Positions 1 through 9,485 of a stretch of DNA of 64,000 bases are shown piece by piece. The notes beneath the pieces were generated by a model that saw nothing but the letters and a program-made list of their open reading frames with translations, searched no databases and had not been told where the DNA came from. Source of the DNA: an uncultured Chthoniobacterales bacterium (GTDB taxonomy: Bacteria; Verrucomicrobiota; Verrucomicrobiia; Chthoniobacterales; UBA10450); assembly GCA_964236815.1 (NCBI GenBank), contig CAXSFN010000020.1, forward strand, positions 487-64,486. The letters run 5' to 3'. A program made the translations under genes and the position numbers. Every line of letters begins with the position of its first letter. The stretch's first letter is position 1.

Positions 1-170
1 ATGTGGAAGAAGGGCTGATCGCTTCCTTCCCGGTGCGGATAGAAGGCGGGAAGTGGAAGATCGTGCAAGGGGTGGAGCTGAACGAGTTCAGCCGCGGCAA
101 AGTAAATGCATCGGTCGCTGAATTGGCGGAAGAGAAGCAGCTCGTCGGCGACTTGTTGCCTAAGAAGTAA
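1..170 (+). CDS. mdh: malate dehydrogenase, C-terminal fragment (5' end outside window)
   Basis: Frame 3 is open from the window edge to TAA 168-170 and reads VEEGLIASFPVRIEGGKWKIVQGVELNEFSRGKVNASVAELAEEKQLVGDLLPKK. The SFPV..G.W.IV.G..L.EFSR.K pattern is the conserved C-terminus of LDH-like NAD malate dehydrogenases. Too short for the ORF track. Confidence 0.6.
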   Translation, partial: VEEGLIASFPVRIEGGKWKIVQGVELNEFSRGKVNASVAELAEEKQLVGDLLPKK

Positions 171-176
171 CCGCGC

Positions 177-1139
177 TCAGAGGAGATCAGACAAGCTCTG
201 GTACAAAGCGCGGCGCACGCGCTGGCCTTTCCTCGCCTTCGCGTCGTCATCGATTTCGAACGGTTCCGCCATCAATTGCAGCGCGAATGGAACAAGCGCG
301 CTTTTGTCGTTAGGCATCTGGACCGCGCCGATGTTGCCGCCGCTGATTTTTCGAAAGGGCCAGCGCTCGAATAATCTTTCCGCGCCACCGGGCGCGCCCC
401 AGGGAGCAGGCGTGCCGGCGGTGGCCATTCTTCGGCCACTGGTCCCCAATTGAATATCGTGGAGCACGATCCAGCCGCCGCTGCGGACGGACGGCGCGAG
501 CCGCAAGAGATCGAGCAGTGGCCAGGGCTGCCGATGATCCGCGTCGATGAACGCCAGCTCCAATTCGTTAGGCCGAGCGAGTTCGCGCACGCGCCTCGAG
601 TCAGCGGGTATGTGCAATCGCGCCCGCCAAGCGAGGTCCGGAATGAGTTCGGCAATCTCGAAACCGGTCGGACGGGTTTCGTCGATCAGACATTGCGGAC
701 GCAGATCGATGGAATCGACCCAGGCCTGGCTTTCGTGGCCGTGCCGACGATCGAGCGCCGCCGCAATGATCGCGGCAGAAAATCCGGTCAAGGTGCCGAT
801 CTCAACAACACGCGCCGGTGACAAGATGCTGACGAACGCGGTCAGAAAATAATAATCGCTCCAGCAGATGACCCCCTCACGCGGCGACGGCCGGTGAAGC
901 ATCGACTGCAGGAATTCGATTTCCCCCGGCGGAGGGATTCGCTCCGGAGCTCCCAAAGACGCGGCGAGACGCGCGTAGGTTTCGGCATACTCGTTAGGCG
1001 AGTGGAAGGTGGCGTCCCCGGCGAGGTATGGCGGCATGCCTGCCTTTCGCGCGCGCAGGATTTGCCGCGCGAGCGAGAAACGGCGCCCCGTGGGCGCGTA
1101 GCGCAAGGCTTCGAAGAAGGGTGGAACCGCCAAGGTCAC
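177..1139 (-). CDS. class I SAM-dependent methyltransferase (family-3 O-MT / Methyltransf_24-like)
   Basis: Track ORF 177..1355. SAM-binding stretch VVEIGTLTGFSAAIIAAAL and AFIDADH...GGWIVLHDI. Start set at GTG 1139, which overlaps the purC stop by 4 nt (GTGA); ATG 1037 is the alternative. The 5' part of the track ORF overlapping purC is rejected. Confidence 0.6.
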   Translation of the reverse strand: MTLAVPPFFEALRYAPTGRRFSLARQILRARKAGMPPYLAGDATFHSPNEYAETYARLAASLGAPERIPPPGEIEFLQSMLHRPSPREGVICWSDYYFLTAFVSILSPARVVEIGTLTGFSAAIIAAALDRRHGHESQAWVDSIDLRPQCLIDETRPTGFEIAELIPDLAWRARLHIPADSRRVRELARPNELELAFIDADHRQPWPLLDLLRLAPSVRSGGWIVLHDIQLGTSGRRMATAGTPAPWGAPGGAERLFERWPFRKISGGNIGAVQMPNDKSALVPFALQLMAEPFEIDDDAKARKGQRVRRALYQSLSDLL

Positions 1140-2014
1140 GCCAGCTCGCTGTCGGTCAGGCGGAAGAATGCTTCGCGATATTTTGCGGAGGTTTTCTTGA
1201 TGATCTCCACGGGCAACGCTGGCGCAGGCGGCGTCTTGTCCCAAGCGAGTGTCTCGAGATAATCGCGCACGAATTGTTTGTCGTAACTCGGCGGACTTTG
1301 ACCGGTGACATAACGATCGGCGGGCCAGAAGCGCGAAGAATCCGGCGTGAGACATTCGTCGATCAGGATGAGCTGGCCGTTGAGCTGGCCGAATTCAAAC
1401 TTCGTGTCCGCGACAATAATGCCGCACTTCGCCGCGTGGTCCCGCCCGGCGGCGTAGATTTCCAAACTCAAACTCCGCGCCTTTTCGGCGACCTCCCGCC
1501 CGAGGAGGCGAGAGCATTCCTGCCAGTCGATGTTTTGGTCGTGTCCGGCTTCGCTCTTCGTGGAAGGCGTGAAGAGTGGCTCGGGCAATTGCGATCCGAG
1601 CTCCAATCCCGGCGGCAACTGGTGGCCGCAGATCGTTCCGTTCTCCTGATATTCCTTCCAACCGGAGCCCGCGAGATAACCGCGCACGACGCACTCGACC
1701 GGCAGCGGCTCGGTCCGGCGGACGAGCATGGAACGGCGGGCGAGCTGGGCGCGGAACGGCTTCAACTCGTTAGGCAAATCGAACTGCAGCGCGATCATGT
1801 GATTGGGCACAAAGGTGAAGCGCTGGAACCAAAAGGCGGAAAGCTGATTCAAGACCGCGCCTTTGTCGGGGATCGGATCGGGCAGGATGCAATCGAAAGC
1901 GGAAAGGCGGTCCGTGGTGACGAAGAGGAGCTCATCCCCCAGCTCGAAGACTTCGCGCACTTTGCCGCTGCGCAGTTTCGGAAGAGGAAGATCGAGCTCC
2001 TGCAACGGCTTCAT
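1136..2014 (-). CDS. purC: phosphoribosylaminoimidazole-succinocarboxamide (SAICAR) synthase
   Basis: 292 aa. GKVREVFELGDELLFVTTDRLSAFD, VRGYLAGSGWKEY and PLFTPSTK are SAICAR synthetase hallmarks. Confidence 0.95.
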   Translation of the reverse strand: MKPLQELDLPLPKLRSGKVREVFELGDELLFVTTDRLSAFDCILPDPIPDKGAVLNQLSAFWFQRFTFVPNHMIALQFDLPNELKPFRAQLARRSMLVRRTEPLPVECVVRGYLAGSGWKEYQENGTICGHQLPPGLELGSQLPEPLFTPSTKSEAGHDQNIDWQECSRLLGREVAEKARSLSLEIYAAGRDHAAKCGIIVADTKFEFGQLNGQLILIDECLTPDSSRFWPADRYVTGQSPPSYDKQFVRDYLETLAWDKTPPAPALPVEIIKKTSAKYREAFFRLTDSELA

Positions 2015-2100
2015 GTAATTAATCAGGAACGCACGAACGCAGGAAAAGAAAGGAACAATTTTCCTGCTTTCCTCTTTTCCTGATTGAAAGTTCTGCGCAC

Positions 2101-3291
2101 ATGGCCGGCCTCGTCGTTAAACCTCGCGCGCGTATTTTGCACGGACACGACTGGGTCTTCTCCGGCGAAGTCCTAAAGGCCTTTGGCGATCCGGTCGATG
2201 GCGACGTAATTTCGCTTAAGGACGGACGCGACCACTTGTTAGGCAGCGCGATTTACAACAGCAAATCGCAAATCGTGGCGCGGCGTTTTTCCCGTCAACG
2301 GCAGGAACTCGATGCGGACTTCTTCGATCGGCGCATTAAACAAGCGGCGGATTATCGCGTGCGGCGCGGGATCGATCCGCGGCTTTGTCGTGTCGTCTGG
2401 AGCGAGAGCGATGGATTGCCCGGCGTGATTCTGGATCGCTATGGCGATCACGTCGTTCTGCAAACGCTCACCCTGGCGATGGACATGCGGAAGGAGTTGA
2501 TCGTCGACGCGATCATCAAAGTCGTGGGCCGGGTGACGGTCATCGAGAGGAACGATGCCGCTGTTCGTCGCGCGGAAGGACTCCAGACCGTGAGCGGCAT
2601 CCTGAACGGCCACGCCCCGGACGCCGCCGTGACGATTGAATTACCCGTGCAGGGAGGAAAGGAGCCCCTGCAATTACAGCTGGATCTCCTGCATGCGCAG
2701 AAGACCGGTTTTTATCTCGACCAACTGCGGCATTACAGCGCGGTGGCGAGTTTCGCCGCGGGGAAACGCGTTCTTGATTGCTTCACAAGTCAGGGCGCGT
2801 TTGCGCTGGCCTGTGCGCGGGCCGGAGCGGAAGCCGTGACCGCGGTGGAAGCAAGCGGCGAAAGTCTCGCGGCGGCGCGGGCCAACGCCGAGCGCAACCA
2901 ACTGCGCGTGAATTTCGTCGAAGAAGATGTGTTCCAATTCCTGCGCGGCGCCGAGAAGGCAGAAGCGCAATACGACCTCATTATTCTCGACCCGCCCTCG
3001 TTCACGAAAACGAAGGGCGGACTGCGCGACGCCTTGCGCGGCTATCGCGAATTACATGTGCGCGCCTTCAAGTTGCTCTCGAAAGACGGATTGCTCGCAA
3101 CGTTTTCCTGTTCGCACCACGTGAACGAAAGCGTCTTCGCGCAAACCATCGCCGATGCGCTCGTCGATGCGCGCCGCTCCGCGCGCCGCTTGCGCCGTTT
3201 CGAACAAGCCGTCGATCATCCCGTTCTGCCGACATTACCGGAGACGGAATATTTCAAAGGCGTGTTGCTCGAGATGATGCCGGGTCGTTAG
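2101..3291 (+). CDS. rlmI: class I SAM-dependent rRNA methyltransferase, RlmI/YccW-like (PUA + MTase)
   Basis: 396 aa. N-terminal PUA-like part (ARILHGHDWVFSGEV, GDVISLKDGRDHLLGSAIYN) and C-terminal MTase core (VLDCFTSQGAFALACA, LIILDPPSF). Same length and architecture as 23S rRNA m5C1962 methyltransferase. Confidence 0.75.
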   Translation: MAGLVVKPRARILHGHDWVFSGEVLKAFGDPVDGDVISLKDGRDHLLGSAIYNSKSQIVARRFSRQRQELDADFFDRRIKQAADYRVRRGIDPRLCRVVWSESDGLPGVILDRYGDHVVLQTLTLAMDMRKELIVDAIIKVVGRVTVIERNDAAVRRAEGLQTVSGILNGHAPDAAVTIELPVQGGKEPLQLQLDLLHAQKTGFYLDQLRHYSAVASFAAGKRVLDCFTSQGAFALACARAGAEAVTAVEASGESLAAARANAERNQLRVNFVEEDVFQFLRGAEKAEAQYDLIILDPPSFTKTKGGLRDALRGYRELHVRAFKLLSKDGLLATFSCSHHVNESVFAQTIADALVDARRSARRLRRFEQAVDHPVLPTLPETEYFKGVLLEMMPGR

Positions 3292-3377
3292 CGCTGGCAG
3301 ACGTCACGCGTCGTCTGGGCTTCGTCATAGTCGCGGCTCAGAATAACGGGCGTCGACCAAACATTGCCAGCGAACGG

Positions 3378-4388
3378 TCATTTATCCGCGACCGCGAAAA
3401 GATGAATGTGCAACGGCAAACCATCGGGCGTGCGGAGCGGATGCGGCGCGTAACTGAACACTTCCACGCGTGCGAAATATTTGCGGAGGAGCGCGCCTAA
3501 ACTGGCGCGAGTGAAGAAATTTTTGTGGTCGGCTTCGAGCAAATGCCAGGGCACAACCTGCCAGGCGCTGAAGTAGGGGATGACTTCAATGTTCGGGACT
3601 GAGAAAAGCGCGCGTCCGCGAATGGAACGCGCGAGCTCACTGACGAAATCGTCGACTTCGAGAATGTGTTCGAGCACTTCGATGCAAATAAGGTTATCGA
3701 ATTCCGAGTCGCGCACCGGGAATGCCGCGGCGGCTTTTTCGTTCTTGCGAAACGGCAGATTTTCCCGAGACAGCATTTCGCAGCAAGTCGGATCGACTTC
3801 AATCCCGAGCCATTCGTGTCCCCTTGCGATCAAGGCCCAGCCATACGCGCCGGAGCCGCAGCCGACATCGAGGACCGAGGAGCCCGGCTCGAGGTATTGC
3901 TCGAGCAACTGCAGCGTTTCCGCTCCGGGTTCATCGATGGGCGGTCCCGATCCGTAGATATCCTGGCGATGCAAAACGCGTTCCTCAGCGGGATGCACGA
4001 CCTCTCCGTATGGTTGCCGCGAGAGCTGCGAAGGAAGCAGAAGGATCGCGCGTTTCTCGATCTCGTATTCTTCGCCATGCTCCGGCCAGAAAACCGTGAT
4101 CTTGATGTCCGCCGAACGCGGATGATCGGCAGTTGAAATTGTCCGGCCTAGAATCCGAAAGCCGGTCGCGGTTGTCGCCGGAAGATGCAGGGCTGCGCAA
4201 ACATCTGGCCGCGCGAAGGGCAGCGCTGTCTGCCCGATGAGCTCGTCGTCAATCCAAGCGCGAATCTGATAGCGCGTCGACTTCCGATCTTCCACCTGAA
4301 ACCAGCCTTCGATGGAAATGGATTCGCCATGGACGGGATCGCCCGGTTTCGGAGAATCGAGATGGCTCGCGTCCGGCATCGCCCGCAA
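3378..4388 (-). CDS. class I SAM-dependent methyltransferase with unknown N-terminal domain
   Basis: 336 aa. SAM motif VLDVGCGSGAYGWALIARGHEWLGIEVD in the C-terminal half. The ~130-aa N-terminal domain is not recognised. Confidence 0.7.
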   Translation of the reverse strand: MRAMPDASHLDSPKPGDPVHGESISIEGWFQVEDRKSTRYQIRAWIDDELIGQTALPFARPDVCAALHLPATTATGFRILGRTISTADHPRSADIKITVFWPEHGEEYEIEKRAILLLPSQLSRQPYGEVVHPAEERVLHRQDIYGSGPPIDEPGAETLQLLEQYLEPGSSVLDVGCGSGAYGWALIARGHEWLGIEVDPTCCEMLSRENLPFRKNEKAAAAFPVRDSEFDNLICIEVLEHILEVDDFVSELARSIRGRALFSVPNIEVIPYFSAWQVVPWHLLEADHKNFFTRASLGALLRKYFARVEVFSYAPHPLRTPDGLPLHIHLFAVADK

Positions 4389-4511
4389 CGTTTCACAGTT
4401 TAGAGAAAGTTTACCGGGGAAATTTGTGGAATTCTGGAAGCGAAAGTCTTATATGCTGCACGGCAGCTCGACGGTGCGCGTCCGCTCGCGGCTCCGTAAA
4501 AAATTATCGCC

Positions 4512-5141
4512 ATGGCAGAACGAATTCGTCCGATCGAACAAATGCTGGAGTTAAACGAAGACGAAGCGAATTCGTCGGAGCACCTCGACTCGCAAGTACA
4601 AAAAGCGCACGAGCAATTGCTGCAGCTAAAGCGCCAGCAAGAACAGATCGAGAAGCAAAAACGCGAGCTGGAAGAGCTGAGCCGGCGCCAGGAAGAACTG
4701 GAACGCGGGCGGACCGAAATGACGGACAAGCTCACGCGTTCACTCGTTGTCCTGGAGCGCGAGGCTTACGATTCGCAAAAGAAGCTGGAGCAAATTCGCG
4801 CCACGCGAGAAAGCTTCGAGCAGCATCTGACTCTCTTGGAATCGATCGACCCGAAGACCTGGAACCCAAGCGATCTGCACAAGGAACTGAGCCGTTCGCT
4901 GAGCGCGGTCGATGACGCACGTGCCGAATTCAGCCAGCAACGCAGCCGGCTTTCCGCAACCACAGGCGACGATTCGTCCGACGTGGCCCTGCCGGAAGCG
5001 GCGCCCGAAGTCCCGTTAGGCGGCGGCGCGAACAGCTTCGTGCAATGGATGCAGATCGGTTTCGCTTTTACTCTGCCCCTGATCGCTTTTGGTCTGATTG
5101 CGCTCTTTCTTTTCCTCTGGCTCGCCGCGCGCGGGCAGTGA
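4512..5141 (+). CDS. hypothetical tail-anchored coiled-coil protein
   Basis: 209 aa. Long charged heptad region (QLLQLKRQQEQIEKQKRELEELSRRQEELE) and a single C-terminal TM helix (IGFAFTLPLIAFGLIALFLFLWL). No family recognised. Confidence 0.5.
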   Translation: MAERIRPIEQMLELNEDEANSSEHLDSQVQKAHEQLLQLKRQQEQIEKQKRELEELSRRQEELERGRTEMTDKLTRSLVVLEREAYDSQKKLEQIRATRESFEQHLTLLESIDPKTWNPSDLHKELSRSLSAVDDARAEFSQQRSRLSATTGDDSSDVALPEAAPEVPLGGGANSFVQWMQIGFAFTLPLIAFGLIALFLFLWLAARGQ

Positions 5142-5147
5142 TTTCTC

Positions 5148-5513
5148 ATGCGCCGTCGTTCGCAAAAAACCGGGACGCCGCTGAACGAAAAACAGCAAGA
5201 GCTGGCGCGGCAGGAGGGCCGGGTGCGGGATGAGATGCAGAAGCTGGAGCGCTTGATCGCGGATGCGCCGCGAGTGGCAGAGGAAAAAACTCGCCGTGAC
5301 CGCGAAGAGCTGCTGACGCGCGCCGCGACGGATGGCAGCCGGCTGGATGTCTCGATGGCGCTGAACGATAAACGTTTTGGTGATGGCGGCGGCTATAGTG
5401 GGCGGCGCGTTTCCTTACGCAAGGAACGGCGGGAGGGTCGGATAATTTTTCTGGTTCTGGTCATTGCACTGGCCGCTGCGGTGATATGGCTGCTGACGCA
5501 CCTGCCTTTTTAG
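5148..5513 (+). CDS. hypothetical tail-anchored coiled-coil protein
   Basis: 121 aa. Charged N-half and C-terminal TM helix (IIFLVLVIALAAAVIWLLTHL). Starts 7 nt after the previous stop. Confidence 0.45.
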   Translation: MRRRSQKTGTPLNEKQQELARQEGRVRDEMQKLERLIADAPRVAEEKTRRDREELLTRAATDGSRLDVSMALNDKRFGDGGGYSGRRVSLRKERREGRIIFLVLVIALAAAVIWLLTHLPF

Positions 5514-5610
5514 AAGGCACTTGGGCCAAGGTCGAAAACGGAAAGGCTCAGAGGCAAAGGTGCAGAGTTCTCTCGTGACCTTTGTGGCCGTGGCGCCGAA
5601 ATTGTCTGTC

Positions 5611-5898
5611 ATGTCCCGTCCTGAAATCGATCTCGCTTACGCCGCAAGTCTCGCGCGTCTAAAACTGAGCGATGACGAAGCGCGCCTCTTTCAAGAGCAA
5701 CTTGGGCAGGTTCTCGAATACGCCGATAAGTTGGGCGAGGTCGACGTCACCGGAGTGGAGGCGACAGCGCATGCACTTCCAGTTTTCGATGTGGTTCGCG
5801 TGGACGAAGTGCATGCCGGGTTGAGCGCGGAGGAAGCGCTAAGGAACGCGCCGCGCGAGGGCAACGGCCTTTTTCTTCTCACGAAAGTGATCGAATGA
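5611..5898 (+). CDS. gatC: Asp-tRNA(Asn)/Glu-tRNA(Gln) amidotransferase subunit C
   Basis: ATG 5611 gives 95 aa: [50 protein letters not shown]... Stop overlaps the gatA start (ATGA). The 30 upstream codons of the track ORF are rejected. Confidence 0.9.
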   Translation: MSRPEIDLAYAASLARLKLSDDEARLFQEQLGQVLEYADKLGEVDVTGVEATAHALPVFDVVRVDEVHAGLSAEEALRNAPREGNGLFLLTKVIE

Positions 5899-7382
5899 CG
5901 CCGCGCAATCTGCCGGCGATGACGGTGAGCGCGTTGCAGGATCTGTTGCGACGGCGCGAAATTTCATCGCGTGAAGTTATCGATGCGCTCCATCGTCGAA
6001 TCGAAGAAGTCGATCCGGCGATTGGCGCGTATCTCTCGTTAGACCTGGAAGCCGCGCGCAAGGAGGCGGAACGGGCGGACGTGAATCTCCCGCTGGGCGG
6101 CATTCCGGTCGCGATCAAGGATAATATCAATCTGGCCGGGCAGCCCTGCACCTGTGCTTCGCGCATGCTGGAAAATTATCGTGCGAGTTATGACGCATCG
6201 GTCGTTAGGCAACTGCGGGCCGCGGGCGCGATTCCATTCGGCAAAACCAATCTGGACGAGTTCGCGATGGGTTCATCGACGGAGCATTCCAGTGTGCGTA
6301 CGACGATGAATCCGTGGGACGTGACACGGGTCGCCGGCGGATCGAGCGGAGGCTCGGCCGCAGCGGTTGCGGCGGATGAGGCGTTCGCCGCGCTCGGCAG
6401 CGACACGGGCGGATCCGTGCGCCAGCCGGCCTCGCTTTGCGGAGTGGTCGGGCTCAAACCTTCCTATGGGCGGGTCTCTCGTTTTGGATTGACCGCGTTT
6501 GCTTCATCGCTCGATCAGGTCGGACCGCTGGCGAAAGATGTGCGCGACGCTGCTTTAATTTTAAATGCGATCGCCGGTCCGGATGCGCAGGATTCCACCT
6601 GTCTGGACAAACCGACGCCCGACTACACCACGCGCCTTGGGCGTGATATTCGCGGCAGAAAAATCGGCATCGCCAAAGAGCATTCGATGCCGGGCGTCGA
6701 TCCAGAAGTTAGAACGCTGGTCGATGCGGCGGTAGATCATTATCTCTCGTTAGGCGCGGAGATGGTTGAGATATCGCTCCCGCATACCGAATACGCGGTG
6801 GCGGTTTATTACGTGCTCGCAACCGCGGAGGCTTCTGCAAATCTGGCCCGTTTCGACGGCGTGCGATACGGGCGTCGCGCGGAGAACCCGCAAAATTTGC
6901 TCGATCATTACGAGCAAACCCGCGCGGAAGGTTTCGGGCCGGAAGTAAAACGACGCATCATTCTCGGGACATACGTGCTCAGCTCCGGTTATTACGACGC
7001 CTATTATTTGCGCGCACAAAAAGTCCGTCAGCTCATCCGGCAGGATTTCGCCCGCGCTTTCGACCAGGTGGATGCAATCATCTCGCCGGTTTCTCCCATC
7101 CCGGCTTTCAAACCGGGCGAGCGCCAGAACGATCCGCTGCAAATGTATCTGGCGGACATTTTCACCATTCCCGCCAACCTGACCGGCGTGTGCGGCGTCA
7201 GTGTGCCGTGCGGTTTCGCTCGCAATGAAGGCGGCGCGCCGCTCCCGGTTGGCTTTCAGTTGTTAGGCAAAGCTTTCGACGAGGCCGGCATTCTGGAATT
7301 GGCTTACGCCTACGAGCAGAGCACGGAGTGGCACGAGCGGAGACCGGCACTTGCGGTTGCGGAAAAGGAGAGAGCGGCGTGA
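5895..7382 (+). CDS. gatA: Asp-tRNA(Asn)/Glu-tRNA(Gln) amidotransferase subunit A
   Basis: 495 aa. Amidase signature [13 protein letters not shown]...[13 protein letters not shown]. Follows gatC. Confidence 0.95.
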   Translation: MTPRNLPAMTVSALQDLLRRREISSREVIDALHRRIEEVDPAIGAYLSLDLEAARKEAERADVNLPLGGIPVAIKDNINLAGQPCTCASRMLENYRASYDASVVRQLRAAGAIPFGKTNLDEFAMGSSTEHSSVRTTMNPWDVTRVAGGSSGGSAAAVAADEAFAALGSDTGGSVRQPASLCGVVGLKPSYGRVSRFGLTAFASSLDQVGPLAKDVRDAALILNAIAGPDAQDSTCLDKPTPDYTTRLGRDIRGRKIGIAKEHSMPGVDPEVRTLVDAAVDHYLSLGAEMVEISLPHTEYAVAVYYVLATAEASANLARFDGVRYGRRAENPQNLLDHYEQTRAEGFGPEVKRRIILGTYVLSSGYYDAYYLRAQKVRQLIRQDFARAFDQVDAIISPVSPIPAFKPGERQNDPLQMYLADIFTIPANLTGVCGVSVPCGFARNEGGAPLPVGFQLLGKAFDEAGILELAYAYEQSTEWHERRPALAVAEKERAA

Positions 7383-8674
7383 GGGCGAGTTGGCGAGCGT
7401 GGTTGCAGAGCCGCGCGGCCGTTCGGGTCGCGATCGGTCTCTTTGTTTTTGCCGCTCTGGTTTATGGCGCGTTTCCCATTGCCAACGATCTCCTCGGCAA
7501 GAGCATCAAAGATTACGAGCTCTGGCACGATGTCGGGCAGCAAGTCGTGCACGGTGAGCTGATCTATCCGAAGCGGAATACGAAATTCGATTTCATGTAT
7601 CCGCCGCCGGCGGCGCTGATGCTCGCGCCGGTCAGCATGCTGGGCAGAACCGGCGTGGTCGTCACGCTCGTCCTCGCGAACATCGCCGCGTGGCTCGGGT
7701 GCATTCTCCTCGCGGCGCGACTGGCGACGGGAAAATCTGCGCGCGCACAATTGCCCGTTTACGTGCTGCCGAGTTTGGCGGTCTGCGTTTTTATCTGGAG
7801 CAATTTCCACCTCGGCCAACCAAGCATCCTGCTGCTCGCGCTCATGCTGGGCGCGTTTCTCGCGCTGCGAACAGAACGGAATATTCTGGCCGGCGCGCTC
7901 ATTGCTTTGGCGGCAGCGATCAAAGCCTTCCCGTTTATTGCGATCGTTTATCTGCTTTACCGGCGCCATTGGATCGCGGCGGCGTCGCTCGTAGTCACGC
8001 TGGCGTTTCTTCTTCTCGCGCTACCTGCGCCCTTTCGCGGATTCGAGCAGGCGCGCAATGATTTGCAGCGGTGGACCCAGGGGATGCTCTTGAAATACGA
8101 CGACAAAGGCGTGGCTCAACGGCCCGGCCGCAGCAATTCCTGGAAGAACCAGTCCATTTTCGGGCTGGCGAATCGCATCTTGCGCCATGTCGATGCAGAC
8201 GAGCAGTACAACCCGCACACCCCGCGCTATGCGAACATCGCGAACCTGAGTTTCTCCGCCGTAAATCGCATCATCCTGGGAACGGCTCTGCTGTTTGGGT
8301 TGATATTCGTCGCAGTCATGCCGCGGCGAAATCGGCGCACGGAAGAGACGGATGCGATCGAGTTTGCTCTGCTCCTTCTTCTCATGCTCATCTTTACGCC
8401 GCTCGCTTTCGGTTATCTTTTTTTCTGGCTGCTCTATCCGTTCGCGGTCGTAGTCGAGCGATGGGGGCGGCGACCGAATCGCTCGTTAGGCATTTTCGTC
8501 CTGGTGGCGCTGGCGCTATTGCTGCTCAGCATTCCGTTGCAACGAACTGCCCAGACTTACGGGAACTATTTCTTCGCAACCGTGAGCCTCTTCTTCGGCC
8601 TCGCCCTCGAGCTCTGGCGGATTAAATCAGCGGCGCCGGAAGAGGGCGGCCAGCCAGCGCGCGGCGAAAATTAA
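7379..8674 (+). CDS. polytopic membrane glycosyltransferase, DUF2029/GT87-like (GT-C)
   Basis: GTG 7379 overlaps the gatA stop (GTGA). About 430 aa with 10 or more hydrophobic helices. The N-terminal DYELWH...IYP...[13 protein letters not shown] region is typical of DUF2029-type polyprenyl-phosphate-sugar dependent transferases. Confidence 0.6.
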   Translation: MRASWRAWLQSRAAVRVAIGLFVFAALVYGAFPIANDLLGKSIKDYELWHDVGQQVVHGELIYPKRNTKFDFMYPPPAALMLAPVSMLGRTGVVVTLVLANIAAWLGCILLAARLATGKSARAQLPVYVLPSLAVCVFIWSNFHLGQPSILLLALMLGAFLALRTERNILAGALIALAAAIKAFPFIAIVYLLYRRHWIAAASLVVTLAFLLLALPAPFRGFEQARNDLQRWTQGMLLKYDDKGVAQRPGRSNSWKNQSIFGLANRILRHVDADEQYNPHTPRYANIANLSFSAVNRIILGTALLFGLIFVAVMPRRNRRTEETDAIEFALLLLLMLIFTPLAFGYLFFWLLYPFAVVVERWGRRPNRSLGIFVLVALALLLLSIPLQRTAQTYGNYFFATVSLFFGLALELWRIKSAAPEEGGQPARGEN

Positions 8675-9307
8675 CGCGACGTCCAGGTTCATTTTCGATT
8701 TGCCACGCATGCGATCGCGGAAGGCGATTGGAATTTCCAGCACCCGCAGGTTCTTGCCGCCCCGCGAGATTACTTCAAAGGCAATTTTGAATCCGGTGGC
8801 CCTCGGGGCGAGCTCGAGGAGACGCGTCCTTTTGATCGAGAAAAATCCACACATGGAATCGTGCACACCGGTGAGCGGGTAAGCGGCGCTCGCAGCTACG
8901 CGCGACATTGCTTTGCGGTAGAGCGGCCAGCCTGGAGTAGAGCCTCCTTCCACATAGCGGCTGCCGATAACCATGTCGGCGCGTCCTTCCAGCAGCGGCG
9001 TGACTAAATTAGGAATCCGATCCGGCGGATGGCTAAGATCTGCATCCATCACCACCAAAATTTCTCCGCGCGCAGCCTGAGCGCCGGCGATCACCGCTCC
9101 GGAAAGTCCGAGGGTCGGATGGTCGCGTTCGATCAACCGCACCGGCCAGGCCGCGGCCAAAGCTTGGACGCAGGCGCGGGTGCCGTCAGTGGAACCGTCA
9201 TCGACGATCAGAATCTCGGTTTCGTCCTGGACGGCGGTGACGATTTGCCTAACGAGTGGTTCGACGTTCTCGACTTCGTTCAGGGTCGGAACAATGACGG
9301 AAAACAT
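8627..9307 (-). CDS. polyprenol/dolichol monophosphomannose synthase (GT2)
   Basis: 226 aa. MFSVIVPTLNE, ILIVDDGSTDGT, VMDADLSHPP and the C-terminal basic tail match Dpm1/Ppm1-type synthases. The 3' end overlaps the convergent GT87-like gene by 48 nt. Confidence 0.85.
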   Translation of the reverse strand: MFSVIVPTLNEVENVEPLVRQIVTAVQDETEILIVDDGSTDGTRACVQALAAAWPVRLIERDHPTLGLSGAVIAGAQAARGEILVVMDADLSHPPDRIPNLVTPLLEGRADMVIGSRYVEGGSTPGWPLYRKAMSRVAASAAYPLTGVHDSMCGFFSIKRTRLLELAPRATGFKIAFEVISRGGKNLRVLEIPIAFRDRMRGKSKMNLDVALIFAARWLAALFRRR

Positions 9308-9314
9308 CTGCAGC

Positions 9315-9390
9315 TGGAGCCGAAGACGGGACTCGAACCCGTGACCTGCTGATTACGAATCAGCTGCTCTACCAACTGAGCTACTTCGGC
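9315..9390 (-). tRNA. tRNA-Thr (anticodon CGT)
   Basis: The reverse complement GCCGAAGTAGCTCAGTTGGTAGAGCAGCTGATTCGTAATCAGCAGGTCACGGGTTCGAGTCCCGTCTTCGGCTCCA folds as a cloverleaf: 7-bp acceptor stem, anticodon loop TTCGTAA, T-loop TTCGAGT, encoded CCA. Confidence 0.9.
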
Positions 9391-9485
9391 GCGGTTGCCG
9401 GGCCGCCAAGATGGCATCCTTCGCTTGGACGGGCAAGCCGGGTTGAGAGTTCATTGCTGCGCATAACGTCGTCGTAGGATTTCAT

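Noticed and set aside
1028-2083. 351-aa + strand ORF covering purC
   Set aside because: Antisense shadow ORF typical of GC-rich DNA. Arg/Ala-rich and motif-free, while the opposite strand encodes an unmistakable PurC.
9315-9390. tRNA-Thr as the anchor of a genomic island
   Set aside because: No integrase, direct repeat of the tRNA 3' end, or compositional break is visible on either side. The flanking genes are ordinary envelope and hydrolase genes.
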